50,522 nucleotides of DNA from Frankiales bacterium (GTDB taxonomy: Bacteria; Actinomycetota; Actinomycetes; Mycobacteriales; SCTD01). Of this stretch, positions 28,668 to 40,346 are shown piece after piece. Position numbers and translations under genes: made by a program. Where the stretch lies: assembly GCA_025965935.1 (NCBI GenBank), contig JAOPVZ010000106.1:1-50522 (forward strand), written 5' to 3'. The notes under the pieces are model-generated. The model made no database searches, was not told where the DNA came from, and saw only the letters and a list, made by a program, of their open reading frames with translations. The stretch's first letter is position 1, and every line of letters starts with the position of its first letter.

Positions 28668-29749
28668 TCTCGGTCCTCACCGCGGCGATCAGCGCGCTGA
28701 TCATCAGCCTGCTCGGGACACCCGCCGTCGTGCGCTTCTTCCGGCGGAAGGGGTACGGCCAGGAGATCCGCGAGGACGGTCCGGCCAGCCACGCCACCAA
28801 GCGCGGCACCCCGACGATGGGCGGCACGGTCATCCTGCTCGCGACCTTCGTCGGGTACCTCGTGGCGCACCTCATCGCGCTGCGGAACCCCGGTCGTGGC
28901 CCGACGGCGAGCGGCCTGCTCGTCCTCGGCCTGATGGGCTCGCTCGGCCTCGTCGGCTTCCTCGACGACTTCATCAAGATCCGCAAGCAGCGGTCGCTGG
29001 GGCTCACGGCCATCGCGAAGTTCGGCGGGCAGCTCGTGACCGGCGTGGGCTTCGCCCTGCTCTGCATGCAGTTCAAGAACCACAACACGCACCTCACCCC
29101 CGCGTCGACGCACCTGTCCTTCGTCCGGGACTACAAGGCCTGGTCGCTGGGAACGATCGGCTTCGTCGTGTTCGCCTACCTCGTGATCACCGCGATGTCG
29201 AACGCCGTCAACCTCACCGACGGGCTGGACGGCCTGGCCTCCGGCTCGATGGTGATGGTCCTGGCGTCGTACGTGATCATCGCCTTCTGGCAGTTCGGGA
29301 ACGCCTGCACGACGAAGGCGACGGCCGGTTGCTACCAGGCGCGCGACCCGCTCGACCTCGCACTGGTGGCCGCGGCAGCGATGGGCGCCTGCTTCGGCTT
29401 CCTGTGGTGGAACGCCTCACCGGCGAAGATCTTCATGGGCGACACCGGCTCGCTGTCGCTCGGCGGCCTGCTCGCCGGGTTGGCGATCACCACCCGCACC
29501 GAACTGCTGCTCGTGGTCATCGGCGGGCTGTTCGTCATCGAGACGCTGTCCGTGGTCATCCAGGTCGGCTTCTTCAAGCTCACCAGGAAACGGGTCTTCA
29601 ACATGGCCCCGATCCACCACCACTTCGAGCTGGCGGGCTGGGTGGAGAACACGGTGATCGTGCGCTTCTGGATCATCTGCGGGCTCGCCGTCGCGTTCGG
29701 GCTCGGCCTGTTCTACGCCGAGTTCCTGTCCAACGGGCCGCTCGGTTGA
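28664..29749 (+). CDS. mraY: Phospho-MurNAc-pentapeptide transferase
   Basis: [39 protein letters not shown]. Confidence 0.97.
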   Translation: MISVLTAAISALIISLLGTPAVVRFFRRKGYGQEIREDGPASHATKRGTPTMGGTVILLATFVGYLVAHLIALRNPGRGPTASGLLVLGLMGSLGLVGFLDDFIKIRKQRSLGLTAIAKFGGQLVTGVGFALLCMQFKNHNTHLTPASTHLSFVRDYKAWSLGTIGFVVFAYLVITAMSNAVNLTDGLDGLASGSMVMVLASYVIIAFWQFGNACTTKATAGCYQARDPLDLALVAAAAMGACFGFLWWNASPAKIFMGDTGSLSLGGLLAGLAITTRTELLLVVIGGLFVIETLSVVIQVGFFKLTRKRVFNMAPIHHHFELAGWVENTVIVRFWIICGLAVAFGLGLFYAEFLSNGPLG

Positions 29750-31071
29750 CCGACTGGCACGGCCTTCCGGTCACTGTCGCGGGTGCGGGAGTGTCGGGTA
29801 CGGCGGCAGCGCGGGTGCTCCGGGACCTGGGCGCCCGGGTCACGGTGGTCGACGACAGGGCCGAGGACCTCGACGACTTCCCGGTGCAGCGGACCCTGCC
29901 TGACGAGCTCGCGCTGGTCGTCACGTCACCAGGCTTCCGGCCGACCGTCCCGATGCTGGTCGAGGCAGCCTCGCGAGGAGTCGAGGTCATCGGTGAGGTC
30001 GAGCTGGCCTGGAGGCTGAGAGGCCCGGCGGCCGCTCCCTGGCTGGCGCTGACCGGCACCAACGGCAAGACCACGACGGTGAAGATGCTCGAGGCGATGC
30101 TCTCTGCCGCCGGCCATCGCACGGTCGCCGCAGGCAACGTCGGGCTGCCGTTGCTCGAGGCCGTCCTGGACGACTACGACGTGCTGGCCGTCGAGCTCTC
30201 GAGCTTCCAGCTGCACTGGTCGTCGACGGTCCGGCCGCACACCGGGGCGATCCTGAACGTGGCGGACGACCACACCGACTGGCACGGCTCCTTCCAGCAG
30301 TACGCCCTGGCCAAGGCCCGCATCTTCGACGCCGACGTGTCCCTCGGGAACGCTGACGACGAGGTGGTGCGGACGCTGCTCAACCGGGCGCGCGGCCGGC
30401 GGGTCACGTTCACCCTTCAGTCACCCCGGCCGGGCGAGGTGGGCGTCGTGGAGGAACTGCTCATCGATCGCGCCTTCCCCGACGTGCCAGGCGAAGCGAC
30501 GGAGCTCGCCACGCTCGGCGACATCCCGGTGCCGGGCGATCACAACGTCGCCAACGCGCTCGCCGCCGCAGCGATGGCGAGGTCGTTCGGGGTGCCGGCC
30601 GACGCCGTCCGCACCGGCCTGCAGGCCTTCGTCCCCGAGGCGCACCGCAACGCCCTCGTCGCGGACGTCGACGGCATCGCGTGGGTCGACGACAGCAAGG
30701 CGACCAACCCGCACGCCGCGGCCGCGTCCCTGGCGGCCTACGCCTCCGTGGTGTGGATCGCCGGGGGACTGCTCAAGGGCGCCGACGTCGACGACCTGGT
30801 CCGCCAGGCAGCGCCGCGGTTGCGCGCGGCAGTGCTGCTCGGGACAGACCGGGCTGTCCTGCGGGAGGCGCTCGAGCGACACGCGCCGGATGTCCCCGTC
30901 GTCGAGGTGTCGCGCCTCGACACTGGAGCCATGCAGGAGGCCGTCGCGGCGGCCCGGTCGCTGGCGCGCCCGGGCGATACCGTCCTGCTCGCCCCGGCGG
31001 CGGCCTCGATGGACTGCTTCACGGACTACAAGCAGCGCGGCGACCTGTTCGCGGAGGCGGTGCGGTCTTGA
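29746..31071 (+). CDS. murD: UDP-MurNAc-L-Ala--D-Glu ligase
   Basis: [38 protein letters not shown]; TTG start overlaps the mraY stop. Confidence 0.95.
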   Translation: MTDWHGLPVTVAGAGVSGTAAARVLRDLGARVTVVDDRAEDLDDFPVQRTLPDELALVVTSPGFRPTVPMLVEAASRGVEVIGEVELAWRLRGPAAAPWLALTGTNGKTTTVKMLEAMLSAAGHRTVAAGNVGLPLLEAVLDDYDVLAVELSSFQLHWSSTVRPHTGAILNVADDHTDWHGSFQQYALAKARIFDADVSLGNADDEVVRTLLNRARGRRVTFTLQSPRPGEVGVVEELLIDRAFPDVPGEATELATLGDIPVPGDHNVANALAAAAMARSFGVPADAVRTGLQAFVPEAHRNALVADVDGIAWVDDSKATNPHAAAASLAAYASVVWIAGGLLKGADVDDLVRQAAPRLRAAVLLGTDRAVLREALERHAPDVPVVEVSRLDTGAMQEAVAAARSLARPGDTVLLAPAAASMDCFTDYKQRGDLFAEAVRS

Positions 31072-32327
31072 AGGAGCAGCCGCGCACCTCGGTGCTGCAG
31101 GGTCCTCTCGCGTCGTACTACCTGGTGCTCGTCAGCACGGGGCTGCTGCTCGCCATCGGCTTCATCATGGTGCTGTCCGCGTCGAGCGTCCGGGCCTACT
31201 CGACCTACGGCTCGGTCTTCGCGATCGCCGTCAAGCAGGGCGTCTTCATCGCCATCGGACTGCCCGCGATGTGGCTCGGCTCGCGCATCCCCGTACGGGT
31301 CTACCGCCGCTGCGGACTGCCGGTGCTGCTGGCGGCACTGGTCCTGCTCGTCGCGGTCCTCGTGCCGGGTATCGGGCGCAACGTGGACGGGGCACGGCGG
31401 TGGATCCCGCTGCCGATGGGCTTCAACCTGCAGCCGTCGGAGCTGGCCAAGCTGGGACTCGCGCTGTGGGGCGCCGACCTGCTGGTGCGCAAGCGCAAGC
31501 TGCTGGGGGAGTGGAAGCACCTGCTCGTACCCCTCGTGCCCGTCGTGGGTCTCGTCGCGGTGCTCGTCATGCTCGAGCCCGACATGGGCACGACGATCGT
31601 CGTCTCCGCCGTCCTCATGGCGCTGCTGTGGGTGGTGGGGGCACCGGGTCGGGTCTTCGGCGCCCTGCTGACTGTCGCCCTCACGCTCGGCGCACTGCTC
31701 GCGGTCGCCGAGCCCTACCGGCTGCGCCGCCTCACCTCGTTCAGCGACCCGTGCTCCGCCACGCACCGCCTCGACCAGGGCTTCCAGGCCTGTCAGGGGC
31801 TGCAGGCCCTCAACACCGGCGGGCTGTTCGGCCTCGGCCTCGGGGCGTCCCGTGAGAAGTGGGCGGGCGGCCTGCCGAACCCCTACACCGACTACGTCTT
31901 CGCCATCATCGGCGAGGAGCTCGGCCTGCTCGGCACCCTCACCGTGCTCCTGCTCTTCGCCATCCTGACCTACGCCGGCGTGCGCATCGCGAAGCGCACC
32001 AACGAGCCGTTCGCCCGGCTCGCCGCGACCGGCATCACGGTCTGGATCGCCGTGCAGGCGCTGGTGAACATGGCGACCGTCGTCGGCCTGGTGCCGATCA
32101 CCGGCATCCCGCTGCCGCTCATCTCCTTCGGCGGATCGGCCCTCATCCTCACGCTGTTCGGCCTCGGCATGCTGCTGTCGTTCGCCCGCACCGAGCCGGG
32201 TGCGCAGAAGGCGCTCGCCGCACGCAGGGGGATCGTCCGCTCCCGCGTGCTCAGGCGATCGGCCGCCGTCCCGCGGCAGCGCCGTCCCGCACCGGCCGCC
32301 CGCCGGCCGGCCACCCGCACGAGGTGA
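31068..32327 (+). CDS. ftsW: SEDS peptidoglycan polymerase FtsW
   Basis: [44 protein letters not shown]; TTG start. Confidence 0.95.
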   Translation: MKEQPRTSVLQGPLASYYLVLVSTGLLLAIGFIMVLSASSVRAYSTYGSVFAIAVKQGVFIAIGLPAMWLGSRIPVRVYRRCGLPVLLAALVLLVAVLVPGIGRNVDGARRWIPLPMGFNLQPSELAKLGLALWGADLLVRKRKLLGEWKHLLVPLVPVVGLVAVLVMLEPDMGTTIVVSAVLMALLWVVGAPGRVFGALLTVALTLGALLAVAEPYRLRRLTSFSDPCSATHRLDQGFQACQGLQALNTGGLFGLGLGASREKWAGGLPNPYTDYVFAIIGEELGLLGTLTVLLLFAILTYAGVRIAKRTNEPFARLAATGITVWIAVQALVNMATVVGLVPITGIPLPLISFGGSALILTLFGLGMLLSFARTEPGAQKALAARRGIVRSRVLRRSAAVPRQRRPAPAARRPATRTR

Positions 32328-33409
32328 GCATGCACGTCGTCCTCGCCGGCGGCGGAACGGCCGGGCACGTCGAGCCCCTCCTCAACACGGCCGACGCGCT
32401 GAAGCGCCGTGACCCCGCGATCGGTGCCACCGTGCTCGGTACGGCGGAAGGGCTCGAGTCCCGCCTGGTGCCGCTGCGTGGGTACGAGCTCTCAGTGGTC
32501 CCGAAGGTGCCGTTGCCGCGTCGCCCGACCCCCGACCTGCTGCGCGTGCCGGGCCGGCTGAGGGCGGCCGTCAAGGCCGCCGGCCGGCACCTCGACGAGG
32601 TCGACGCGACCGTCGTGGTCGGCTTCGGCGGTTACGTCTCCGTGCCCGCCTACCTGGCGGCCCGTCGGCGCCGCATCCCGGTCGTCGTGCACGAGGCCAA
32701 CGCGCGGGCCGGCATCGCCAACCGGCTCGGGGCCCGCTGGGCGGTGGCAGTCGCTGCGGCCGTCGAGGGCACTGGACTGCCTGGTGCGCAGGTGATCGGG
32801 ATGCCGCTGCGTCAGTCGATCGCGCAGCTGGACCGCAGCGCACGCAGGACCGAGTCGCGGGCCGCCTTCGGCCTCGGTGACGGGCCCGTGCTGCTGGTCA
32901 CCGGCGGTTCGCAAGGAGCGCGCCGCATCAACACGGCGGTCGTCGACGCCGCGCCAGCCCTCGCGCAGGCCGGCGTGCAGGTGCTGCAGGTCACCGGCCC
33001 GCGCAACGTCGACGAGGTGCGCCGCGCGCTGGGGGATGCGCCGCCCACGCACCACGTGCTCGACTACGTCGACGGGATGGACTCCGCCTACGCAGCCTGC
33101 GATCTGGTGCTCTGCCGCGCCGGCGCGATGACCTGCGCCGAGCTGGCCGCTGTCGGCCTGCCCGCCGTCTATGCGCCGCTGCCGATCGGCAACGGGGAGC
33201 AGGCCCTCAACGCCCGCCCGACGGTCGACGCCGGTGGTGGGCTCCTCGTGGACGACGCCGACCTCGACGGGCACTGGATCAGCGAACACGTACTGCCGCT
33301 GCTGCTCGACAGCAGCAAGCTGTCGGACATGTCGCTGGCCGCCCGCCGTCTCGGTCATCCAAGGGCCGACGAGGACCTGGCCGACCTCGTGCTGGCGGCG
33401 AGCCGATGA
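32324..33409 (+). CDS. murG: Lipid II GlcNAc transferase
   Basis: GGGTAGH, GFGGY, HEAN, GGSQGA, RAGA.T..E, EQ..NA (start 32324 or 32330). Confidence 0.96.
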   Translation: MSMHVVLAGGGTAGHVEPLLNTADALKRRDPAIGATVLGTAEGLESRLVPLRGYELSVVPKVPLPRRPTPDLLRVPGRLRAAVKAAGRHLDEVDATVVVGFGGYVSVPAYLAARRRRIPVVVHEANARAGIANRLGARWAVAVAAAVEGTGLPGAQVIGMPLRQSIAQLDRSARRTESRAAFGLGDGPVLLVTGGSQGARRINTAVVDAAPALAQAGVQVLQVTGPRNVDEVRRALGDAPPTHHVLDYVDGMDSAYAACDLVLCRAGAMTCAELAAVGLPAVYAPLPIGNGEQALNARPTVDAGGGLLVDDADLDGHWISEHVLPLLLDSSKLSDMSLAARRLGHPRADEDLADLVLAASR

Positions 33410-34776
33410 CCCGGGTGCACTTCGTCGGCATCGGTGGCGCCGGCATGAGCGGCATCGCCCGGGTGCTCCTGGCGCGCGGCACCGCCGTGTCCGGCAGTGA
33501 TGCCAAGGACTCCGTGGCGCTCGCCTCGCTGCGCGCCCTCGGCGCGGACGTCCACGTCGGACACGACCCGGCGCACGTCCAGGGCGCCGACGTGGTCGTC
33601 GTCTCCACTGCCATCCGCGAGACCAACCCTGAGCTGGTCGCCGCCCGGGCCGCCGGCATCCGGGTGCAGCGCCGGGCGGAGGCGCTGGCCGAGCTGCTGG
33701 TCGGCTACCGCGCCGTGGCGGTGGCCGGCACCCACGGCAAGACGTCGACGACGTCGATGCTGACTGTTGCCGCGCAGCACTGCGGCGTCGACCCGTCCTT
33801 CGCCATCGGAGGCGACCTCAACGAGGCCGGCAGCAACGCCCACCACGGCAGCGGTGACCTGTTCGTCGTGGAGGCGGACGAGAGCGACGGCAGCTTCCTC
33901 GTGTACGCGCCGCACGCCGCGATCGTCACCAACGTCGAGCCCGACCACCTCGACCACCACGGCACTGCCGAGGCCTACGAGCAGGTGTTCCGCGACTTCG
34001 TCGACACCGTCACGGGGTTCGTCGTGATGTCCGCCGACGACCCGGGTGCGCGGGCGCTGGCGTCCTACGCCCGCGGCCGTGGGCTCGACGTGCACACCTA
34101 CGGAACCGCCGCCGACGCCGACCTCCGGATGCACGAGCTGGTCGCGAGCGGCGGCTCTTCGTCGTACGAAGCAGTGCTGCGCGGACGTCGACTGGGGACG
34201 GTGCTGCTCCCGGTGGCGGGACAGCACATGGCCCGCAACAGCGCGGCTGCGCTGCTCACCGGGGTGCAGCTCGGACTGCCCCACAGTCAGCTGATCGAGG
34301 GCCTCGCGGGCTTCAGCGGCGTGCGGCGTCGGATGGAGCTCAAGGGGTCCGCCGCGGGCATCCGCGTCTACGACGACTACGCGCACCACCCCACGGAGGT
34401 ACGCGCCCAGCTCGAGGCCGCGCGCGGCATGACCGGCGGCGGGCGACTCATCGCCGTCTTCCAACCGCACATGTACTCGCGCACCGCGACCTTCGCGGAT
34501 GCCTTCGGCTCGGCACTGGCGTTGGCCGACGAGGTCGTCGTGATGGACGTCTACGGCGCGCGTGAGGACCCGGTGCCCGGCGTCACCGGTGGGCTGGTCG
34601 CCGCGGCAGTCCGGCTGCCGGCCGAGCACGTCCTGTTCGAGCCGTCCTGGACTGCGGTGCCCGATGCCGTCGTGTCGCGCGCCGTCGCGGGCGATCTCGT
34701 GCTCACACTCGGAGCAGGGGACGTCACGCAGATCGGCCCTGAGGTGCTGCGACTGCTCGAGGGGGGTGCGGAGTGA
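33406..34776 (+). CDS. murC: UDP-MurNAc--L-Ala ligase
   Basis: [33 protein letters not shown]. Confidence 0.97.
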   Translation: MTRVHFVGIGGAGMSGIARVLLARGTAVSGSDAKDSVALASLRALGADVHVGHDPAHVQGADVVVVSTAIRETNPELVAARAAGIRVQRRAEALAELLVGYRAVAVAGTHGKTSTTSMLTVAAQHCGVDPSFAIGGDLNEAGSNAHHGSGDLFVVEADESDGSFLVYAPHAAIVTNVEPDHLDHHGTAEAYEQVFRDFVDTVTGFVVMSADDPGARALASYARGRGLDVHTYGTAADADLRMHELVASGGSSSYEAVLRGRRLGTVLLPVAGQHMARNSAAALLTGVQLGLPHSQLIEGLAGFSGVRRRMELKGSAAGIRVYDDYAHHPTEVRAQLEAARGMTGGGRLIAVFQPHMYSRTATFADAFGSALALADEVVVMDVYGAREDPVPGVTGGLVAAAVRLPAEHVLFEPSWTAVPDAVVSRAVAGDLVLTLGAGDVTQIGPEVLRLLEGGAE

Positions 34777-35507
34777 GCAAGATGCCGCGCGTCGTCTCCG
34801 CGACGCCGCGCCTCAAGGCACGCGCGGAGGCAGCGCGTCGCGAGCGCCGTGGTGCCTGGTTGCGCCGGATCGGCTGGGCCGCAGCGGGTCTGGTGCCGCT
34901 CGGTCTGCTCGCATGGGTGCTGCTCGGGTCGTCGCTGCTCGGCGTGCACCGCGTCGTCGTCCTGGGCGAGCACCGGCTGACGGCGGCCGAGGTGCAGCGG
35001 GCCGTCGACGTCGCGCAAGGCACGCCGCTCGCCCGGGTCGACACGGCAGCCGTCGCACGGCGGGTGCGCGCCCTCGACGCCGTCGCGTCGGTCTCGGTGA
35101 CCCGGTCATGGCCGAACAGCCTGCGGGTGGCCGTGGTCGAGCGAACAGCGGCAGTCGCGGTACCTGACGGGAAGCGGTTCGACCTCCTCGACGACTCCGG
35201 CGTGCACTTCGACACGGTGTCGGTGCCGCCGCGGGGTGTCGTGCGCCTGCAGGGCACCTCCGACGCGGACGCGCGCCAGGCGGCGCTGCAGGTGGTGCGC
35301 AGCCTGCCACTCGCGCTGCGGAGGGTCGTGTGGGTGGTGCGCGCGTCGTCGCCGCAGCAGGTGTCACTGGTGCTGCGTGGCAACCGGGTGGTGATCTGGG
35401 GAAGCGCTGACCAGTCGTCGCAGAAGGCCGCCGCCGCTCTGGCCCTGCTGAAGCTGCCGGGCCGCACCTACGACGTGAGCAGCCCCTCGGTGGTCACCCG
35501 GAGGTGA
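34773..35507 (+). CDS. ftsQ: Cell division protein FtsQ
   Basis: Basic N-terminus, TM helix, POTRA domain (V.R.WP..L.V.V.ER), YDVSSP. Confidence 0.9.
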   Translation: MSKMPRVVSATPRLKARAEAARRERRGAWLRRIGWAAAGLVPLGLLAWVLLGSSLLGVHRVVVLGEHRLTAAEVQRAVDVAQGTPLARVDTAAVARRVRALDAVASVSVTRSWPNSLRVAVVERTAAVAVPDGKRFDLLDDSGVHFDTVSVPPRGVVRLQGTSDADARQAALQVVRSLPLALRRVVWVVRASSPQQVSLVLRGNRVVIWGSADQSSQKAAAALALLKLPGRTYDVSSPSVVTRR

Positions 35508-35665
35508 GCTGTGCGCCGATCGGGTGACACGGCGTCCAGCAGAGCGGTCGGGGCACGACCATGGGTCCAGGCGCGTTGTCTGAGTGCACGGGTGGGAGGG
35601 TGCCCGCAGCACGGTTGCGCGTGCAGGCAGCACGGTAGGGAAGGGGGGTCAAGGAAGGAGGCTGT

Positions 35666-36622
35666 GTGACCGGCCAGTCCGACGAGCGGGCCCAGCGCGC
35701 CAGGCAGAGCATGCAGGTGCTCGCGACGAGCGCCGACGTGTTCGAGACGTTCTTCGACCACGCGCGCATCGGCCTCGCCCTGGCCGACCTGTCCACCGGC
35801 TACGTGCGCGTCAACCACACCTACGCCGAGCTGCTCGGCCGGCCACCGGAGGACCTCGTCGGAGTGTCCTTCACCGAGGTGCTGCATCCCGAGGACCAGC
35901 TCGAGGCGCTCGACCGGGTCGAGGAGCTGCTCACCGGTCGAGAGACGAGCCTCACGGCGGAGCAGCGGTACCTCGGTCCCGACGGCCAGGTGCTGTGGGT
36001 GCTCCACGGCGTCTCGGTCGTCCGCGATGCTGACGGCACGCCGGCCTGGTTCGCTGTGAGCGCGCAGGACATCAGCGAGCGGCGCCGGGTCGAGACCGAC
36101 CTGCGCGCCCTCACCGCCACCCTCACCGAGCGCGCCGTCCGTGACCCTCTGACCGGGCTCGCCAACCGCACTCTGCTGCTCGAACGGCTGCGCGCGGTGC
36201 TTGCCCGCGACGCCCGCACGGGCCAGAGCACGGCCGTGCTGTTCCTCGACCTCGACGGCTTCAAAGCGGTCAACGACAGGTACGGGCACGCAGTCGGCGA
36301 CGAGGTCCTGGTGACCGTCGCCAAGCGGCTGGCGGCGGCGGTCCGGCCGTCGGACACGGTGGCCAGGATCGGCGGCGACGAGTTCGTCGTCCTCGTCGAG
36401 GGCGCCTCCGACGCAGTCGTCCACACCGTGGTCGAGCGTCTCCGGCAGGCCGTCTCAGAACCGCTGCCCACCCTCGACCTCGAGGTGGGGGTGAGCGTTG
36501 GCGTAGCCCTGTCCGCACGCGGGGATGCCGAGCCCCGCACGCTCCTCAACGCCGCAGACCGGGCGATGTACAGCGAGAAGAAGAGCGAGAAGTCGGTCAC
36601 ACGACGCGCACGCGGAGGTTGA
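35666..36622 (+). CDS. PAS-GGDEF diguanylate cyclase
   Basis: PAS (LHPED), DPLTGLANR, DLDGFK.VND.YGH..GD, RPSD I-site, GGDEF; AAGGAGG RBS. Confidence 0.92.
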   Translation: MTGQSDERAQRARQSMQVLATSADVFETFFDHARIGLALADLSTGYVRVNHTYAELLGRPPEDLVGVSFTEVLHPEDQLEALDRVEELLTGRETSLTAEQRYLGPDGQVLWVLHGVSVVRDADGTPAWFAVSAQDISERRRVETDLRALTATLTERAVRDPLTGLANRTLLLERLRAVLARDARTGQSTAVLFLDLDGFKAVNDRYGHAVGDEVLVTVAKRLAAAVRPSDTVARIGGDEFVVLVEGASDAVVHTVVERLRQAVSEPLPTLDLEVGVSVGVALSARGDAEPRTLLNAADRAMYSEKKSEKSVTRRARGG

Positions 36623-36664
36623 CCTGCCCGGGCGTCGCCCCCTACCGTCACGCGGCACGACAGG

Positions 36665-36701
36665 TTGACATAACTATAAGGGTCTACCTGAGGGTGAGGG
36701 T
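36665..36701 (+). promoter_or_regulatory. ftsZ promoter/regulatory block
   Basis: AT-rich TTGACATAACTATAAGGGTCTACCTGAGGGTGAGGGT, resembling the element seen upstream of actinobacterial ftsZ genes. Confidence 0.6.
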
Positions 36702-36815
36702 CGGGGAACCGGCCGGCACGTGACGTCTTCCCTGCATCACGAGCCCATCCGACCGAGAAGAGAACGGCGTGCGGGACAGCCCTGCACGCCCGCGAATGAA
36801 GGGCTCCCCTGCACC

Positions 36816-37964
36816 GTGGCTGCACCGCAGAACTACCTCGCCGTGATCAAGGTGGTCGGGATCGGTGGTGGCGGTGTCAACGCCGTCAACCGGATGATCG
36901 AGGTCGGCCTCAAGGGCGTCGAGTTCATCGCCATCAACACCGACGCGCAGGCGCTGCTGATGTCGGACGCCGACGTGAAGCTCGACATCGGCCGTGAGCT
37001 CACCCGCGGCCTCGGTGCCGGTGCGGCACCCGAGGTCGGCCGGCAGGCATCCGAGGACCACCGGGACGAGATCGAGGAGGTGCTCAAGGGCGCCGACATG
37101 GTCTTCGTCACGGCCGGCGAGGGCGGTGGCACCGGCACGGGCGGCGCCCCGGTCGTCGCGGCCGTCGCACGTTCGCTGGGTGCGCTCACCATCGGCGTCG
37201 TGACCCGACCGTTCTCGTTCGAGGGTCGTCGTCGCGCCAGCCAGGCCGAGGAGGGCATCGAGGCGCTGCGGTCCGAGGTCGACACCCTCATCGTCATCCC
37301 CAACGACCGGCTGCTGTCCATCAGCGACAAGCAGGTCTCGGTCATGGACGCCTTCAAGAGCGCCGACCAGGTGCTGCTCTCCGGTGTCCAGGGGATCACC
37401 GACCTCATCACGACGCCGGGCCTCATCAACCTCGACTTCGCAGACGTGAAGTCGGTGATGCGCGGTGCCGGCTCGGCGCTCATGGGCATCGGCTCGGCAC
37501 GTGGTGACGACCGGTCGATCGTGGCGGCGGAGATGGCCATCGCCAGCCCGCTGCTCGAGGCCAGCATGGACGGTGCGCACGGCGTGCTGCTGTCCATCTC
37601 CGGTGGCAGTGACCTCGGCCTGTTCGAGATCAACGAAGCGGCCCAGCTGGTCGCGGATGCGGCGCACCCCGACGCCAACATCATCTTCGGGGCGGTCATC
37701 GACGATGCCCTCGGCGACGAGGTGCGGGTCACCGTGATCGCCGCCGGCTTCGACGGCGGTGCACCGGCCTACAAGAAGGTCGAGCCGCGCCGCCAGCCGG
37801 TGGTAGAGCCCGAGCCGGTCGTCGCCGAGCCGCAGCTGGAGGAGCCGGTCGTGCGTCGTCCCGAGCCGACCTACACCCCGGCCCCCGCGGCCGCGGCTCC
37901 CGAGCGCCCGCGTCGCACGGTCGTCTTCGAGGACGACCTCGACGTGCCCGACTTCCTGAAGTAG
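36816..37964 (+). CDS. ftsZ: Cell division protein FtsZ
   Basis: [34 protein letters not shown]-terminal [10 protein letters not shown]. Confidence 0.98.
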   Translation: MAAPQNYLAVIKVVGIGGGGVNAVNRMIEVGLKGVEFIAINTDAQALLMSDADVKLDIGRELTRGLGAGAAPEVGRQASEDHRDEIEEVLKGADMVFVTAGEGGGTGTGGAPVVAAVARSLGALTIGVVTRPFSFEGRRRASQAEEGIEALRSEVDTLIVIPNDRLLSISDKQVSVMDAFKSADQVLLSGVQGITDLITTPGLINLDFADVKSVMRGAGSALMGIGSARGDDRSIVAAEMAIASPLLEASMDGAHGVLLSISGGSDLGLFEINEAAQLVADAAHPDANIIFGAVIDDALGDEVRVTVIAAGFDGGAPAYKKVEPRRQPVVEPEPVVAEPQLEEPVVRRPEPTYTPAPAAAAPERPRRTVVFEDDLDVPDFLK

Positions 37965-37973
37965 CGGGCGGGC

Positions 37974-38711
37974 GTGCACGACGCGGGTCTGCCCCTCCCC
38001 GCACGCGGCGTCTTCACCACCCGGGCCGGTGGCGTCAGCCTCCCGCCGTGGGACAGCCTCAACCTCGCGGTCCATGTCGACGACGCCTTCGCGAAGGTCC
38101 AGCGCAACCGCGACCTCGTCGTCGAGCAGCTCGGTCTCGACGGGCTCGCCTTCGGCAAGCAGGTGCACGGCAACGGCGTGCGCGTCGTCCGCGGCCTGTC
38201 GAAGAAGACCAGCCGCGGCCTCGACGACACCGACGGCCTCGTCACGACCGTCCCGGGCATCGGGCTCGCCATGCTCGGCGCTGACTGCCTGCCGGTGCTG
38301 CTCGCGGCCGATGGCGTCGTGGGTGCGGCGCACGTCGGCAGACCGGGACTCGCCAAGGGCGTGCTGCCCGAGGTCGTCCGGGTGATGCGCGCCGAGGGCG
38401 CCGGTGAGATCAGCGCCGTCATCGGTCCGGGCATCTGCGGCCTCTGCTACGAGGTGCCGCCGTCGATGGCGGGCGAGGTGGAGAAGGCCGCGCCCGGCAG
38501 TCGCGCGACCACGCGCCAGGGCACCACGTCGGTCGACCTGACGGCCGGCGCGACCCGGCAGCTCACCGGTCTCGGCGTCGCCGTGAGGACGGTCGGCGGC
38601 TGCACCCTGGAGCAGCCCGACCTCTTCTTCTCCTACCGGCGCGACGGCCTGACCGGCAGGCACGGCGGCATCGTGTGGCTGCCGCCGCAGAGCGGGGCAC
38701 CGGCGCCGTGA
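37974..38711 (+). CDS. pgeF: Peptidoglycan editing factor / purine nucleoside phosphorylase (YfiH)
   Basis: FTTRAGGVS, QVHG, ADCLPV, AH.G, GPGIC..CYEV, FFSYRR. Confidence 0.92.
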   Translation: MHDAGLPLPARGVFTTRAGGVSLPPWDSLNLAVHVDDAFAKVQRNRDLVVEQLGLDGLAFGKQVHGNGVRVVRGLSKKTSRGLDDTDGLVTTVPGIGLAMLGADCLPVLLAADGVVGAAHVGRPGLAKGVLPEVVRVMRAEGAGEISAVIGPGICGLCYEVPPSMAGEVEKAAPGSRATTRQGTTSVDLTAGATRQLTGLGVAVRTVGGCTLEQPDLFFSYRRDGLTGRHGGIVWLPPQSGAPAP

Positions 38712-39397
38712 GCCGCAGGGACGACCTGGCAGCGAACCTCGCCGAGCTCGAGGCACGCATCACGCGGGCCTGTACGGCGGCAGGGCGTGCCCGCGACGAG
38801 CTGACCCTCATCGCGGTGACCAAGACCTGGCCGGTCAGCGACTGCCTCCTGCTCCGCGACCTCGGCGTCACCGAGCTCGGCGAGAACCGCGACCAGGAGG
38901 CCGCGCAGAAGGCCGCGGCAGTGACCGGGGTGCGGTGGCACTTCGTGGGGTCGGTGCAGACGAACAAGGCGCGCAACGTGGCGTCCTACGCCGACGTCGT
39001 GCACAGCGTGGACCGCCCCTCACTGGTCTCGGTCCTGGGTGACGGCGCGGTGCGGACCGGCCGCACCGTCGACGTGCTGCTGCAGATCAGCCTCGACGGC
39101 GACCCCGACCGTGGAGGCGCCGAGCCGTCCGCCGTACCCGGCCTGGGGGAGCAGGTCGCGCAGACGGCCGGTCTGCGACTGGCGGGCGTCATGGCGGTCG
39201 CGCCCCTCGGCGCCGACCCGGCCGACGCCTTCGCCCGGCTCGCCGAGGTCTCGCACCGGTTGCGGGCCGACCATCCTGCGGCGACGGCCATCAGCGCCGG
39301 GATGACGGGCGACCTGGAGCAGGCCGTCGTTGCCGGCGCCACGCACCTGCGTGTCGGGACCGCCGTGTTGGGCGCCCGACCGGCCCCCCTCCGGTAG
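38708..39397 (+). CDS. yggS: PLP homeostasis protein (YggS/PROSC)
   Basis: IAVTK, GENR.QE, WHFVG.VQTNK, SAGMTGD, RVGT. Confidence 0.93.
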   Translation: MSRRDDLAANLAELEARITRACTAAGRARDELTLIAVTKTWPVSDCLLLRDLGVTELGENRDQEAAQKAAAVTGVRWHFVGSVQTNKARNVASYADVVHSVDRPSLVSVLGDGAVRTGRTVDVLLQISLDGDPDRGGAEPSAVPGLGEQVAQTAGLRLAGVMAVAPLGADPADAFARLAEVSHRLRADHPAATAISAGMTGDLEQAVVAGATHLRVGTAVLGARPAPLR

Positions 39398-39446
39398 TCT
39401 GCGAGCAGTCACGAGCAGTCAGTCACACCAGGCGGAGGAGCGGGAC

Positions 39447-39980
39447 ATGCCGGGCACCATGCGCAAGCTGGGGCTGTACCTCGGCCTGGTCGAGGACGAC
39501 GAGAACGAGCACTACGGGTACGACGACGAGGATGGCGACGCCTACGAGGAGCCGTCGGTCCGGCGCTACCCGCCGACCGCCTCCACGAGCACCGCCGCCA
39601 CCCGCCGGTCCTTCGACACCCGAAGCACTGCCGGCGCGGTCGCGCTGGACGCGGCGCCGCGCCCGCAGGCCGTGCCGTCCCACGAAGGCGTGCACGACAC
39701 CGGCTACCGGATCACCACCCTGCACCCGCACAGCTACAACGACGCGCGCGCGATCGGGGAGCACTTCCGCGGCGGAACGCCCGTCATCATGAACCTCTCG
39801 GAGATGGACGACGCCGACGCCAAGCGCCTCGTCGACTTCGCCGCCGGCCTCATCTTCGGGCTGCACGGCCGCATCGAGCGGGTGACCAACAAGGTGTTCC
39901 TGCTGTCGCCGGAGCACGTCGAGGTCACGGCAGAGGACAAGGCCCGGATCGCCGAGGCCGGGTTCTTCAACCAGTCCTGA
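39447..39980 (+). CDS. sepF: Cell division protein SepF
   Basis: [10 protein letters not shown] amphipathic helix, [11 protein letters not shown]; GGAGGAG RBS; TAGTCT -10 at 39395-39400. Confidence 0.95.
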   Translation: MPGTMRKLGLYLGLVEDDENEHYGYDDEDGDAYEEPSVRRYPPTASTSTAATRRSFDTRSTAGAVALDAAPRPQAVPSHEGVHDTGYRITTLHPHSYNDARAIGEHFRGGTPVIMNLSEMDDADAKRLVDFAAGLIFGLHGRIERVTNKVFLLSPEHVEVTAEDKARIAEAGFFNQS

Positions 39981-40027
39981 CCTGGGTCCTGGCCAACGCC
40001 CCGCCTACTGCTGGAAGACTGTTACCC

Positions 40028-40312
40028 GTGTCCGTCGTCGGTCAGGTCCTGCACACCGTGCTGCTGGTGTTCCTCGTGCTCCTGATCTTCCGGCTCGTCA
40101 TGGACTACGTGTTCATGCTGGCCCGCGGCTTCCGGCCCCAAGGCCCCTTCGCCATCGCGTGCGAGCTGACCTACTCGGCCACCGACCCGCCGATCAAGGC
40201 CGTCCGCCGGGTGCTCCCGCCGCTGCGCGTCGGCAACGTGTCCTTGGACCTGGCGTTCATGGTCGTGTTCTTCGTGACGGTCGTTCTCATGAGCGTGGTG
40301 TCCGGACTGTGA
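40028..40312 (+). CDS. yggT: YggT/YlmG membrane protein
   Basis: TDPP...RR..PP...G...LDLA motif; synteny. Confidence 0.9.
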   Translation: MSVVGQVLHTVLLVFLVLLIFRLVMDYVFMLARGFRPQGPFAIACELTYSATDPPIKAVRRVLPPLRVGNVSLDLAFMVVFFVTVVLMSVVSGL

Positions 40313-40346
40313 CGCCCTTCCCCTTCATCAGGACGGTGTGACTCCC

